Below the pieces are notes generated by a model. It was not told the DNA's origin and made no database searches. It saw nothing but the letters and a program-made list of their open reading frames with translations. Below, in pieces: positions 31,056 through 41,230 of a stretch of 64,000 nucleotides of DNA. The position numbers and the translations under genes are program-made. Position 1 is the first letter of the stretch; every line of letters starts with the position of its first letter. The DNA comes from Alphaproteobacteria bacterium (GTDB lineage: Bacteria; Pseudomonadota; Alphaproteobacteria; UBA6615), in NCBI GenBank assembly GCA_022449545.1, contig JAKUPN010000002.1:123255-187254 (forward strand), written 5' to 3'.

Positions 31056-32264
31056 ATGGATGATCCTATTGGTGCTTTCGTGCCCCACGGTAGATATAGA
31101 ATTGAAGGTAAAAACAGCAAAGAGAGTGGTACACTTTCTGGATTAACGTTTGCGGTGAAAGATATAATTGATGTAGAGGGGCATATCACCGGATGTGGAA
31201 ATCCTGACTGGTTGCGGACTCATAAAAAAGCTCTCCGAACAGCACCTTGTATAAGGCGTCTTTTAGATGCTGGCGCTACGTTAGTTGGCAAAACAGTAAC
31301 CGAGGAACTTGCAACTGGTTTAACTGGAGAAAATATTCATTATGGTACACCAATTAATGTCAATGCTCCTGGACGCGTTTCGGGTGGGTCATCTTCTGGC
31401 TCAGCTGCCGCAGTGGCGGCAGAGCTAGTCGACTTCTCTATTGGCTCTGATACAGGAGGTTCGGTCCGGGCTCCTGCCAGTTTTTGTGGCATTTATGGGA
31501 TACGTCCTAGTCACGGACGCGTTTCAATGCAAGGAGTTATGAAGCTTGCACCTAGTTTTGATGTTATTGGCTGGTTTTCACTTGATCCAATTCTTTTAAG
31601 AAATATAGGAACCGTACTTTTTGATAGACCTAATCCTATTCCTTCACCCGGTAGGTTATTGGTAGCAGAGGACGTGATGGAACTACTTGATTATAATATA
31701 CGTAATGAATTGATGAAGGCCGTTGATATTGTGGCTAAGTTTCTCGGGCCTTCAAAACTTATTCGTGTTTCAGACCTCGAAGGAATTCCCGGCTTGGATA
31801 AATGGGTGAATGTAACTAGAGCTATATGGGGTGGTGAGGCCTGGGCTGTTCACAAAGAATGGATTAACTCGGTAAAGCCCAGGTTCGGTTCAGGTGTTGC
31901 TGCTAGATTTACTGCTCGCTCAAAAGTCACTACAAGTGAAATTGAGATTGCTCGTTTACAAAGGGATGTTATTTCTGCACATCTTAAGGAGCTTCTATCA
32001 GGCGGGGACGTGCTTGCTTTACCGGCTGCGCCTGGTATTGCTCCTCCAATTGGAGGAAGTGATCTAGAAATTGATCCTTTTAGAGAGGCCAACGAGCCTA
32101 TTGGCTGTACCTCGGGTTTGGCTGGCTTACCGCAAATAAGCTTGCCGTTGACAAGTTTTGATGGGCTTCCTCTTGGTTTGGGGATCGCCGCCGGCCCAGG
32201 CAATGATGAATTGTTGCTAGATTTAGCTGTTACAATGGCTGAAAATAATATCACACCCCAATAA
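31056..32264 (+). CDS. amidase (amidase-signature family)
   Basis: It carries the AS signature GGSSSGSAAAVAA and the K...S-cis-S catalytic pattern. Confidence 0.8.
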   Translation: MDDPIGAFVPHGRYRIEGKNSKESGTLSGLTFAVKDIIDVEGHITGCGNPDWLRTHKKALRTAPCIRRLLDAGATLVGKTVTEELATGLTGENIHYGTPINVNAPGRVSGGSSSGSAAAVAAELVDFSIGSDTGGSVRAPASFCGIYGIRPSHGRVSMQGVMKLAPSFDVIGWFSLDPILLRNIGTVLFDRPNPIPSPGRLLVAEDVMELLDYNIRNELMKAVDIVAKFLGPSKLIRVSDLEGIPGLDKWVNVTRAIWGGEAWAVHKEWINSVKPRFGSGVAARFTARSKVTTSEIEIARLQRDVISAHLKELLSGGDVLALPAAPGIAPPIGGSDLEIDPFREANEPIGCTSGLAGLPQISLPLTSFDGLPLGLGIAAGPGNDELLLDLAVTMAENNITPQ

Positions 32265-32286
32265 AATAATAAAAGGCAGAACGTTT

Positions 32287-33486
32287 ATGGGTGACTTGTT
32301 TAGAAAAGAAGTGTCGGGTTTTTGTAGCCATAAAAACATAAAAATGAAGGGCGCCAATAACGGACCTCTAAAAAAATTAACATTTGCAGTAAAGGACATT
32401 ATTGATGTAGCTGGATCGGTAACAGGTGCTGGAAATATTAAATTTTTTGAAGAAGGAAGTCCGGCTCTAAAGAATGCAGAAATTGTTCAAATCTTATTGG
32501 ACGCGGGGGCAGATCTCGAGGGTAAAACTATAACAGAAGAGTTCGCTTATGGACTAATAGGAGAAAATTTTCATTATGGAACTCCGAGGAATGGCGCTGC
32601 GCCGGGGAGAATACCTGGAGGCTCATCCTCCGGCTCCGCCTCAGTGGTGTCTAATGGGCAAGTAGATTTTGCTCTAGGCACGGATACAGGGGGATCTGTT
32701 CGAGTGCCCGCCTCATTCTGCGGAATATACGGATTACGACCTAGTCACGGAAGGGTACCCATAAGTGGGGTCATGCCACTAGCTCCCAGCTTGGACACGT
32801 GTGGCTGGTTTGCCCGGACCCCAGAGTTAATGAAATTAGTGGGAAAGGTTGCGCTTGAGTGGAAACAACCTACATTTGGAGCAGACATTTACCTGGCTAG
32901 AGACACATTTTCCATTCTTGATGAGGAATCTGAAGCAGCGCTTGCAGCTGCTATAGGCTCTTTGTCAAAATTAATTGGGCCTCCGCAAGAAATAGATGTT
33001 GGTGTTATACAAGGCATGCAAGATCTGGGCGATTGGGCAAAGGTTATGAAGGTTGTACGTGGCTCCGAAGCAGCAGCTTCACGCCTTGATTGGATTAGGG
33101 AATTTAAGCCTGAGATGGGCCCAGGGTTTCGAGAACGATTCGAAGCCGGTGGACTATATACTCAGAATGAAATTTCCGAAGCCACAAATAAAAGAGAAAT
33201 AATTAAAACTTATTTGGATAAGTTGCTTTCAGATAATATTATTATGGTAGTGCCAGCTGCACCGACTTCACCACCCCCTGTTTCTAGTCAGGAAAAAGTT
33301 TACGATAATCTACGAAGCAAAAATGAGCTCTATAATTGTATAGCTCCTCTTGGGCAGCTGCCACAGATCAGCTTACCGCTGGCAAATGTGAAAGGGTTGC
33401 CTATAGGATTAGGCGTTATAGGGGGAAATGGAAGTGATGAATTGCTTTTGGAACTCGCAAATCAACTTAATAATCTTGAGTCATAA
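32287..33486 (+). CDS. amidase (amidase-signature family), tandem paralog
   Basis: It carries GGSSSGSASVVS and GTDTGGSVRVPASFCGIYGLRPSHG. Confidence 0.8.
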   Translation: MGDLFRKEVSGFCSHKNIKMKGANNGPLKKLTFAVKDIIDVAGSVTGAGNIKFFEEGSPALKNAEIVQILLDAGADLEGKTITEEFAYGLIGENFHYGTPRNGAAPGRIPGGSSSGSASVVSNGQVDFALGTDTGGSVRVPASFCGIYGLRPSHGRVPISGVMPLAPSLDTCGWFARTPELMKLVGKVALEWKQPTFGADIYLARDTFSILDEESEAALAAAIGSLSKLIGPPQEIDVGVIQGMQDLGDWAKVMKVVRGSEAAASRLDWIREFKPEMGPGFRERFEAGGLYTQNEISEATNKREIIKTYLDKLLSDNIIMVVPAAPTSPPPVSSQEKVYDNLRSKNELYNCIAPLGQLPQISLPLANVKGLPIGLGVIGGNGSDELLLELANQLNNLES

Positions 33487-33561
33487 GGGCTCATAATCTT
33501 TATATATAAAGTTATTAATTTAGAAAGTTATTCAAAATAATAATTTATTAAAAGAAGTAAT

Positions 33562-34755
33562 ATGACTAATTTTAAAACACTTGATGATATTGATGTGACG
33601 GAACGACGAGTTTTGGTTAGGGCTGATTTAAATGTTCCAATGAGTGATGGCCTGGTAACCGATAATTCTCGTCTGTCCAGTTTAGTTCCCACTTTGAAAG
33701 AACTAGTAGATAGAAAAGCAAGAATTTGTGTTTTATCTCACTTAGGGCGTCCGGGAGGTAAAGTAGTGCCTAGCCTCTCTCTAAAACCGGTGTCTGATGC
33801 TCTCGGTGAATGTTTGGGTCGACCAATATCCTTTGCTTCGGATTGTATGGGAGGCATAGCAAGATCCATCGTTTCTGAACTCGGTGAGGGTGAAATAGCT
33901 GTTCTAGAGAATTTAAGATTTTACTCCGAGGAAGAAGATAATGATATTGATTTTGCTCGTTCGCTAGCGGAGCATGGTGACTTTTATGTTAATGACGCTT
34001 TCTCTGTTTCTCACCGAGCACATGCCTCTACCGCAGCTATAGCTAATCTTTTGCCTTCAGTGGCCGGTAGACTTATGGAGTTGGAGCTCGATTCATTGAC
34101 TAATGCTTTTATGAATCCCGAGAGGCCTTTAATCGCAATAATAGGAGGATCGAAAATATCGACGAAGATTGATCTGCTTGTGAGTTTATCTCAAAAAGTT
34201 GATTCGTTAATCGTTGGTGGAGGCATGGCCAACACATTTCTTAATGCCAAAGGAGTTAGTGTAGGCAAATCATTGTGTGAGTATGATATGGCTGCTACTG
34301 CGAGAAAAATAATGGAAACAGCCAGAAATTCTGAATGCAATTTAGTTTTGCCAATAGATGCTGTTATTTCTAAAAAGTTTGAAAAGGGGGGTTTGGTTCA
34401 AACCGTTGATATAGATGAAATACCCCAAGATAAAATGGTCTTAGATGTAGGGCCCAAAAGCCTATTGGTCATGGGTGAAATTATTAAAGGAGGTAAAACA
34501 GTAATTTGGAACGGGCCTATTGGTGCTTTTGAAATAAAGCCATTTGATCACGGAACCAGTGTGCTTTCAAAGTTGACAGCCGATCTTTCTATAAAGGGTG
34601 ATTTTTGCTCTATTGCCGGTGGGGGCGATACAGTGGCAGCGTTAAATCAATCCGGCGTCACCGATTTTTTTAGCTATGTTTCGTTTGCAGGCGGGGCGTT
34701 TTTAGAATGGCTCGAAGGAAAAAAATTGCCGGGTGTTGAGGCGTTAACTCGCTGA
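33562..34755 (+). CDS. pgk: phosphoglycerate kinase
   Basis: It has the classical PGK N- and C-terminal motifs (RADLNVPM, GGGDT). Confidence 0.9.
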   Translation: MTNFKTLDDIDVTERRVLVRADLNVPMSDGLVTDNSRLSSLVPTLKELVDRKARICVLSHLGRPGGKVVPSLSLKPVSDALGECLGRPISFASDCMGGIARSIVSELGEGEIAVLENLRFYSEEEDNDIDFARSLAEHGDFYVNDAFSVSHRAHASTAAIANLLPSVAGRLMELELDSLTNAFMNPERPLIAIIGGSKISTKIDLLVSLSQKVDSLIVGGGMANTFLNAKGVSVGKSLCEYDMAATARKIMETARNSECNLVLPIDAVISKKFEKGGLVQTVDIDEIPQDKMVLDVGPKSLLVMGEIIKGGKTVIWNGPIGAFEIKPFDHGTSVLSKLTADLSIKGDFCSIAGGGDTVAALNQSGVTDFFSYVSFAGGAFLEWLEGKKLPGVEALTR

Positions 34756-34819
34756 GGATCTATTACTAGTTTAGCTAATAGCAAACTGAATCGCTAAACA
34801 AATAGAAAAAAGAGGTTTC

Positions 34820-35395
34820 ATGAGCAAAACACCAACAGATTATAAAGCTACGGGCCCGGTGCACCTAATTGTTCCAGAAGGTGACAACCGTGACCGTTTG
34901 GTTTGCAAGGATTGTGGCTTTATAAATTACCAAAATCCCATTGTTGTTGTTGGCACAGTTACACGCTGGTTTGAAAACGACGAAGGAGATGGGGAACGAA
35001 TTCTTTTATGTAAAAGAGCAATAGAACCTCGAAAGGGATTTTGGACTCTTCCAGCCGGGTACTTAGAACTAGAGGAAACCACTGAGGATGGAGCCATAAG
35101 GGAGACTTGGGAAGAGGCCAGAGCAAAAGTTTCTATTGATCGCTTGATGGCCATATATAACATATCAAGGTTGTCTCAAGTGCAGCTAATCTATCAGGCT
35201 ACTCTTCTGTCACCTAATATTTCTGCCGGAGAAGAGTCATTAGAAGTAGGCCTATTTTCTTGGAAAGAAATTCCATGGGATAAGATAGCTTTTCCTACGG
35301 TGCGCTGGGCTTTGCATCAAAACCGATCAGTAATAGGACAAGAATCATTTGAGCCTTTTACAAATCCTGAAAACGAAAGCGCGGATAAAATCTAA
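34820..35395 (+). CDS. NUDIX hydrolase with N-terminal zinc-ribbon
   Basis: It has a CKDCGF zinc ribbon and a Nudix box region GYLELEETTEDGAIRETWEEA. Confidence 0.7.
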   Translation: MSKTPTDYKATGPVHLIVPEGDNRDRLVCKDCGFINYQNPIVVVGTVTRWFENDEGDGERILLCKRAIEPRKGFWTLPAGYLELEETTEDGAIRETWEEARAKVSIDRLMAIYNISRLSQVQLIYQATLLSPNISAGEESLEVGLFSWKEIPWDKIAFPTVRWALHQNRSVIGQESFEPFTNPENESADKI

Positions 35396-35410
35396 TTATT
35401 AATTCAGAAA

Positions 35411-36022
35411 TTAGGAATTACCCTCATCCTTATCTTGTTCTCGTATGACTAGAGGTGTTTGTAGAACGGCGAAGATCAATGTAAGGGGTAATATCCCAAA
35501 AAGCTTAAATGAAATCCAAAAATCAGTAGAAAAATTTCTCCAAATAACTTCATTTAGAAATGCGAGCAATATAAAAAACCCTCCCCATCTTAGAGTAAGT
35601 ATTCTCCAACCTTCTTCACTAAGTTGAAATGCTGATCCAAAGAGAGGTTTTAAAAGAGATTTTTTAAAAACCAGACCTCCAATTAAGACAGCAGAAAAAA
35701 GGCAGTTCACTAGAGTGGGCTTAATTTTTATAAAAGTTTCATCCGCTAGAATTAACGTTAGGCCTCCAAATATAATTACAAAAACGCCACTAACCAACGG
35801 CATAGTGGGCAATCTTCGTTCAAGTGCCCAGCCAGCGAAAAGGGCAATAATGGTGGCTAACATGAAAGCGCCAGTTGCTTCAAATAAAGCTTGCTGGGCT
35901 ACTTCAGAAAGCTTAGTCGTGGACCATGCATTCCTTAATTCTGGTAGACCACCCCGGCCGTTAATAACAAAAAATACAATCAAAGGGCCAGCTTCAATAA
36001 ATAACTTGAACCAATTTTTCAT
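35411..36022 (-). CDS. yciB: inner-membrane septation protein A (YciB/IspZ family)
   Basis: The 203-aa product is a multi-pass membrane protein. Its N-terminus KLFIEAGPLIVFFVIN is typical of YciB. Confidence 0.65.
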   Translation of the reverse strand: MKNWFKLFIEAGPLIVFFVINGRGGLPELRNAWSTTKLSEVAQQALFEATGAFMLATIIALFAGWALERRLPTMPLVSGVFVIIFGGLTLILADETFIKIKPTLVNCLFSAVLIGGLVFKKSLLKPLFGSAFQLSEEGWRILTLRWGGFFILLAFLNEVIWRNFSTDFWISFKLFGILPLTLIFAVLQTPLVIREQDKDEGNS

Positions 36023-36064
36023 CGCTTTGTGCCTAATCTAGTAATTCAAAAAAGAGTGTATGGC

Positions 36065-37006
36065 CTATTTGGAGGGCAGGTTAAGTAAGCTATTAGAAAA
36101 ATTTTGGGCTGTGAAAGGGTTCAGGTCATCTGGACCCTCTCCTACCCCTATCGCAAAGATGGGCAAGCCATAAAGATCAGCCAAGGATACTATGATTCCT
36201 CCCTTTGCCGATCCGTCGAGCTTAGTAATAATTAGTCCTGTTATGTTGATTATTTCTTGGAATTTTTTGACCTGGATAATTGCGTTTTGACCTGTAGTTG
36301 CGTCAAGAACTAATAAGACTTCATGAGGAGCCGATGGATTACTTTTGTTTATTACCCGAATAATTTTTTCCAGTTCTGCCATTAAATCGGATTTATTGTG
36401 AAGTCTTCCCGCGGTATCGATTAGTAATGTATCTGCACCACTATTCTTAGCAAATTCAAGTGCTTCAAAAGCTACTGAGGCAGGATCCGAGCCTGCGCCT
36501 TGCGAAATAACTTTCGATCCCGAACGATTTCCCCACATTGTTAATTGATCAATAGCTGCTGCACGAAAAGTGTCACCTGCGGCCAAAACAATAGATTTTC
36601 CTTCGGCATTAAGTTTGTGAGCAAGTTTTCCAATAGTAGTAGTTTTTCCTGAGCCGTTTGTTCCGACAACGAGTATTACTTGTGGTCCACTTTCTGGTTG
36701 TTTCATCGCTTCAAGATTCTGCGCAACAGGCTCTAGAATTTTGCTGATATCGTTAGCTAGACTTTCTTGAACGTCTTTTGAAGAAATGTCTGATTCAAAT
36801 TTTTTATTTGAAATGCTTTTAGTTAATTGTTCGGCAGCTTTTATTCCTAAATCCGAAGAAATTAGCAGGTCTTCAAGTTCCTGCAGAGTTGATGATTCGA
36901 GCCTTTTATTATTTAAGATGCTCTTAATTCCATCAACCAATGGGCTTGATGATTTGTTCAAACCATCGCGTAAACGAACTAACCATCCAGTAGATTTACC
37001 TGTCAT
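36065..37006 (-). CDS. ftsY: signal recognition particle receptor FtsY
   Basis: It has the SRP GTPase motifs GTNGSGKTTTIGKLA and DTAGR. It lies immediately downstream of mtaB. Confidence 0.9.
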   Translation of the reverse strand: MTGKSTGWLVRLRDGLNKSSSPLVDGIKSILNNKRLESSTLQELEDLLISSDLGIKAAEQLTKSISNKKFESDISSKDVQESLANDISKILEPVAQNLEAMKQPESGPQVILVVGTNGSGKTTTIGKLAHKLNAEGKSIVLAAGDTFRAAAIDQLTMWGNRSGSKVISQGAGSDPASVAFEALEFAKNSGADTLLIDTAGRLHNKSDLMAELEKIIRVINKSNPSAPHEVLLVLDATTGQNAIIQVKKFQEIINITGLIITKLDGSAKGGIIVSLADLYGLPIFAIGVGEGPDDLNPFTAQNFSNSLLNLPSK

Positions 37007-38302
37007 TTATATACTGCCTAATGGAACGCCCAAGTGGGTATTTCCAACTCGTCCAGTAATGTTGACATCTAAGAGTTGACCGGCTTTGGCGCCAGGCACC
37101 TTTATCGGGGCAAAATACTCTGTTCGTCCAAAATCGTTTTTTTCTATTAATACGGAACGGTTTTTACCAATCTCTTTTTTGAGGTGTTTATCTAATGCTT
37201 TGCTACTAAGTTCTCGAAGTTGTTCTGCGCGATCTTTTATCACATTATGGGAGACTTGAGGCATGCGGGCTGCCGGTGTTTCTGGGCGAGCGCTAAAAGG
37301 AAACACATGTAAATATGTTAACTCACATTCATCAATAAAATTTAATGTATTTTTAAACATTGTCTCAGATTCGGTAGGAAAACCCGCTATAAAGTCTGCT
37401 CCGAGTACAAGGTCAGAACGCAAATGACGTAACTTTAAAATTAAATTCATAGCTTGCTGTCTATCGTGACGCCGCTTCATTCTTTTTAAGACCATATCGT
37501 CTCCAGCTTGTAGGCTAAGGTGAAGATGAGGCATCAATCTGGGTTCACTTTCTACTAGAAGCATGAGGTCATCGTCTATTTCTGCTGGATCCAGTGAGCT
37601 TAATCGAAGGCGCGGTAAACTAGGATTTGATGCCAGTAGGCGTCGTACCATTTGCCCTAATGATGGCTTACCGGGTAAGTCCGGCCCGTATGACGTTATG
37701 TCAACACCGCTAAGAACTATCTCCTTAACACCATTAGAGATAAGCGTTCTAACCTGTTCAAAAATTTTTCCCATGGGGACACTTCGGGATTTTCCTCGTC
37801 CGAACGGTATAATACAAAAAGTGCATCTATGGTCACAGCCTGTTTGGACTTGAATAAAGGCTCTAGTTCGGTCTTCAAAGCGATCAATAATATGTGTGTC
37901 AACTTTTTGAGCAGACATAATATTGCCGACTTTTATTCTGGCATCGCTATCTTCTTTGTAAGAACTACCAATTAGCTTTTCTTCATTGCCAAGAACTTTA
38001 TCAACCTCAGGCATAGACGAAAAAGTTTCGGGAGAGATTTGTGCTGCGCATCCAGTAACAATAATTTTAGCATTGGGTTCTTTACGACGTGCTTTCCTTA
38101 TGGCTTGCCTAGCTTGACGTTCAGCTTCTGATGTTACGGCACAGGTGTTAATAATAATAGTATTTGACAGGTTTGATTCTTTTGCCAATTTGCGCATAAT
38201 TTCCGATTCATACGCATTTAGACGACAGCCAAAAGTGATAATGTGGGGATCGGTTAATTCTTTATTCATTGTTTTGGTCAAATTCAAATTGTTGCTCTTC
38301 AA
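37007..38302 (-). CDS. mtaB: tRNA methylthiotransferase MtaB (radical SAM, MiaB/RimO family)
   Basis: The N-terminal TRAM/UPF0004 region ITFGCRLNAYESE matches MtaB. It has a radical-SAM CxxxCxxC motif (CDHRCTFC). The dapF-mtaB-ftsY gene order is the conserved alphaproteobacterial one. Confidence 0.8.
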   Translation of the reverse strand: MKSNNLNLTKTMNKELTDPHIITFGCRLNAYESEIMRKLAKESNLSNTIIINTCAVTSEAERQARQAIRKARRKEPNAKIIVTGCAAQISPETFSSMPEVDKVLGNEEKLIGSSYKEDSDARIKVGNIMSAQKVDTHIIDRFEDRTRAFIQVQTGCDHRCTFCIIPFGRGKSRSVPMGKIFEQVRTLISNGVKEIVLSGVDITSYGPDLPGKPSLGQMVRRLLASNPSLPRLRLSSLDPAEIDDDLMLLVESEPRLMPHLHLSLQAGDDMVLKRMKRRHDRQQAMNLILKLRHLRSDLVLGADFIAGFPTESETMFKNTLNFIDECELTYLHVFPFSARPETPAARMPQVSHNVIKDRAEQLRELSSKALDKHLKKEIGKNRSVLIEKNDFGRTEYFAPIKVPGAKAGQLLDVNITGRVGNTHLGVPLGSI

Positions 38303-39119
38303 AGCTTCCCCTGTAAGATATTTCTGTTGGCCCTGTCATCATTACATGATCGTTAGTAAGCCACTCTATATCAAGGTTGCCCCCGTCTAACTTAACAGTT
38401 GCCTTTCTATCGGTCAGATTGCGTCTGTGAGCATTGACGACAGCTGCACAAGCTCCAGTGCCACATGCCTGAGTTAATCCTGCCCCTCGTTCCCAGACGC
38501 GAAGAATCAAATTATTTTTATCAATTACTTTTGCAAAACCTACATTTGTCCGTTCAGGGAATAGTTCATTGTGCTCAAGAATTGGACCAACATGACTAAT
38601 CTTAACTGCATCTAAATCGTCAACAAAAAAAACAATATGGGGGTTTCCAACATTAACCGCAATAGGATCCCGCAGTTTACCATAACTTAATGGCAGGTGA
38701 TTAGTGTCACACTCATAAGCAAGCGGTACTTTCTGCCAGTCATAATTTACTGGCCCCATATCGACTGTATAATTACTAGAATTGGCATAGGTTGGATGTG
38801 CTTTAATTAGCCCTGATTTGGTCTGCAAAGTGACTTCTTTTAAACCAAATTCTTCTAGAATAAGTCTAGCAATGCACCTTGTTGCATTACCACAGGCAGA
38901 AACTTCAGTCCCGTCTGAGTTAATTATTTTCATGAAAATTATTGCGTTTTCGTCTTTGGTTGGCTCCATAATAATTAGCTGATCACATCCGATCCCCGTA
39001 TTACGATTAGCTAGGGCGCGAGCTTTAACCGAGTCCACACTAAAAGGCTCAAAGCGGGCATCTATAACAACAAAGTCGTTACCCAGACCGTGCATCTTTA
39101 TGAATTTTCTATTTGTCAT
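38262..39119 (-). CDS. dapF: diaminopimelate epimerase
   Basis: It has KMHGLGNDFVVID and the two catalytic Cys regions. Confidence 0.85.
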   Translation of the reverse strand: MTNRKFIKMHGLGNDFVVIDARFEPFSVDSVKARALANRNTGIGCDQLIIMEPTKDENAIIFMKIINSDGTEVSACGNATRCIARLILEEFGLKEVTLQTKSGLIKAHPTYANSSNYTVDMGPVNYDWQKVPLAYECDTNHLPLSYGKLRDPIAVNVGNPHIVFFVDDLDAVKISHVGPILEHNELFPERTNVGFAKVIDKNNLILRVWERGAGLTQACGTGACAAVVNAHRRNLTDRKATVKLDGGNLDIEWLTNDHVMMTGPTEISYRGSFEEQQFEFDQNNE

Positions 39120-39459
39120 AAAGGCGATATAAGACCAGATGGTGTCTACGTCCAGCCAAAATACACTAACTTTATAAATCTAATCCTTTTTAGCACGGTA
39201 ATTTGATTATGAAATCTTATAAAATCAGAGCTTTCTTCCTCAAAATTTATTTTTGGCGATAGAAGACGTATTCTAAAAACTTTACGTCTTGACGTCAGAT
39301 GAAGCTTTGCATAGTTTTCACTTGATCCATAATTGCTTACGTGGTGTGCCCTAAGCTAAGAGTTGCGCGGGCCCTACCAGTCCGCGAGTTTCGCGCACTG
39401 GTATTGTAGTCATTTGTGAAATAGAACCTATTGGTCGTTCGTAATAAAAGAGGGAAAGT

Positions 39460-40824
39460 TTGTTTGAAACACTAACAGAACGTTTGGGTGAAACTTTAGA
39501 TGGGCTCACGCGAAGAGGCACACTTCGGGAAGAGGATGTAACTGCTGCCTTACGTGAAGTGCGTATTGCGCTACTTGAAGCTGATGTGGCCTTGTCAGTT
39601 GTGCGCGATTTGATTTCAACAATATCAGAAAAAGCTGTTGGCCAGGATGTTCTTAAAAGTATTACTCCTGGACAGATGGTAATTAAAATAGTTCATGATC
39701 ATTTAATTGACCTTTTAGGTTCAGAAACTATCGATATAAATCTTAATGCTCCAGCTCCAATTGTCATAATGCTGGTTGGTTTGCAGGGAACAGGAAAAAC
39801 TACCACAACAGCAAAACTAGCTCGTCATTTATACGAAAAGAAAAATAAAAAGGTAATGATGGCTTCTTTAGACGTCAGACGCCCTGCTGCTCAAGAACAA
39901 CTTAGAATATTAGGTGATCAGGTTTTAATCCCGAGTTTGGATATAAAGTTTGGTGAAACCCCTCTAGCTATTGCAGAAAGGGCCTTAGATAAGGGTCGTT
40001 TGGAGGGTTATGAAGTAGTTTTGCTGGATACAGCGGGTCGTCTGTCAGTAGATGAAGAAATGATGGAGGAAGCGAGACTAATAAAAGAAAAAACTAGTCC
40101 TCTTGAGGTTTTATTGGTAGCGGATTCAATGACTGGGCAAGATGCAGTCAATACTGGGAAAGCATTTAACGATGTATTGGGTCTTACTGGCATTATTTTA
40201 ACTAGAATTGATGGGGATGCTCGAGGCGGCGCAGCTTTATCAATGCGAGCCATCACTGGTTGTCCAATTAAATTACTGGGAACAGGAGAACAGCTAGATG
40301 CTTTAGAGCTATTTCACCCTGATAGAATTGTAAACCGAATGCTAGGAATGGGTGACGTTGTCGGTTTAGTAGAAAAAGCTCAAGAGTTAGTTGATGAGGA
40401 TCAAGCGAAAAAAGCTGCGGCTAAATTACAAAAAGGTGAATTTGATCTTGAAGATATGGTTGACCAACTTCGACAGGTTAAAAAGATGGGAGGTATGGGA
40501 GGTATTATGACCATGCTTCCAGGAGTAGGAAAAATTCAAAAACAAATGTCTCAGCACAACATCGATGATGGTTTGATAGGGCGTCAGGAGGCAATAATTC
40601 TTTCCATGACTCCCAATGAGCGACACAAGCCCGCGATGATAAAGGCATCAAGAAAAAGAAGAATAGCGGCGGGATCCGGAACAAGTGTGCAAGAAATTAA
40701 TAAACTTCTTAAACAGTTTCAGCAAATGCAGTCGATGATGAAAAAGATGAAAAAAACAGGCGGTCGTATGCCTTCATTAGGAGGCGGACCAGGGGGAATG
40801 CTTCCACCCGGTTTCGGGCGTTAG
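39460..40824 (+). CDS. ffh: signal recognition particle protein Ffh
   Basis: It has NG-domain GTPase motifs (GLQGTGKTTT, DTAGR) and a Met-rich M domain at the C-terminus. Confidence 0.95.
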   Translation: MFETLTERLGETLDGLTRRGTLREEDVTAALREVRIALLEADVALSVVRDLISTISEKAVGQDVLKSITPGQMVIKIVHDHLIDLLGSETIDINLNAPAPIVIMLVGLQGTGKTTTTAKLARHLYEKKNKKVMMASLDVRRPAAQEQLRILGDQVLIPSLDIKFGETPLAIAERALDKGRLEGYEVVLLDTAGRLSVDEEMMEEARLIKEKTSPLEVLLVADSMTGQDAVNTGKAFNDVLGLTGIILTRIDGDARGGAALSMRAITGCPIKLLGTGEQLDALELFHPDRIVNRMLGMGDVVGLVEKAQELVDEDQAKKAAAKLQKGEFDLEDMVDQLRQVKKMGGMGGIMTMLPGVGKIQKQMSQHNIDDGLIGRQEAIILSMTPNERHKPAMIKASRKRRIAAGSGTSVQEINKLLKQFQQMQSMMKKMKKTGGRMPSLGGGPGGMLPPGFGR

Positions 40825-40835
40825 TCAGGTTTGTC

Positions 40836-41213
40836 ATGTTGCACCATATTTCAATAGGAGTTAGAGATTTATCTCAAAGCACTAAGTTCTACGATTCTGT
40901 TCTCTCTGTTCTTGGCTATAGGCGATATATGTCAAAGCCTGGAACTGAATCTTGGAAAAAAACTGAAAACGGAATAGCTTTTTGGATTAACCAGAGAGCT
41001 AATTTATCTGTAGTCGAGGACAGTGGAAACCACATAGCCTTTCAAGCTAATAGTTGTTTAGAGGTAGATGATTTTCACTCAAGGGCAATTAAGGCGGGAG
41101 CATCAGATGATGGCTCTCCCGGTTTTCGTCCTGAATACAAAGATACTTATTATGCAGCTTTCATATGTGATCTAGACGGTCACAAACTTGAAGCCGTCCA
41201 CATCACGAATTAA
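40836..41213 (+). CDS. VOC (glyoxalase/bleomycin-resistance) family protein
   Basis: The N-terminus HHISIGVRDLSQSTKFY and C-terminal pattern are VOC-like. Confidence 0.6.
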   Translation: MLHHISIGVRDLSQSTKFYDSVLSVLGYRRYMSKPGTESWKKTENGIAFWINQRANLSVVEDSGNHIAFQANSCLEVDDFHSRAIKAGASDDGSPGFRPEYKDTYYAAFICDLDGHKLEAVHITN

Positions 41214-41230
41214 AAAAATAAAGGAAAACA

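Noticed and set aside
39290-39459. 4.5S/SRP RNA (ffs) upstream of ffh
   Set aside because: No GGUGCUGUUUACCAGGUCAGGUCCGGAAGGAAGCAGC-like domain IV motif is present.
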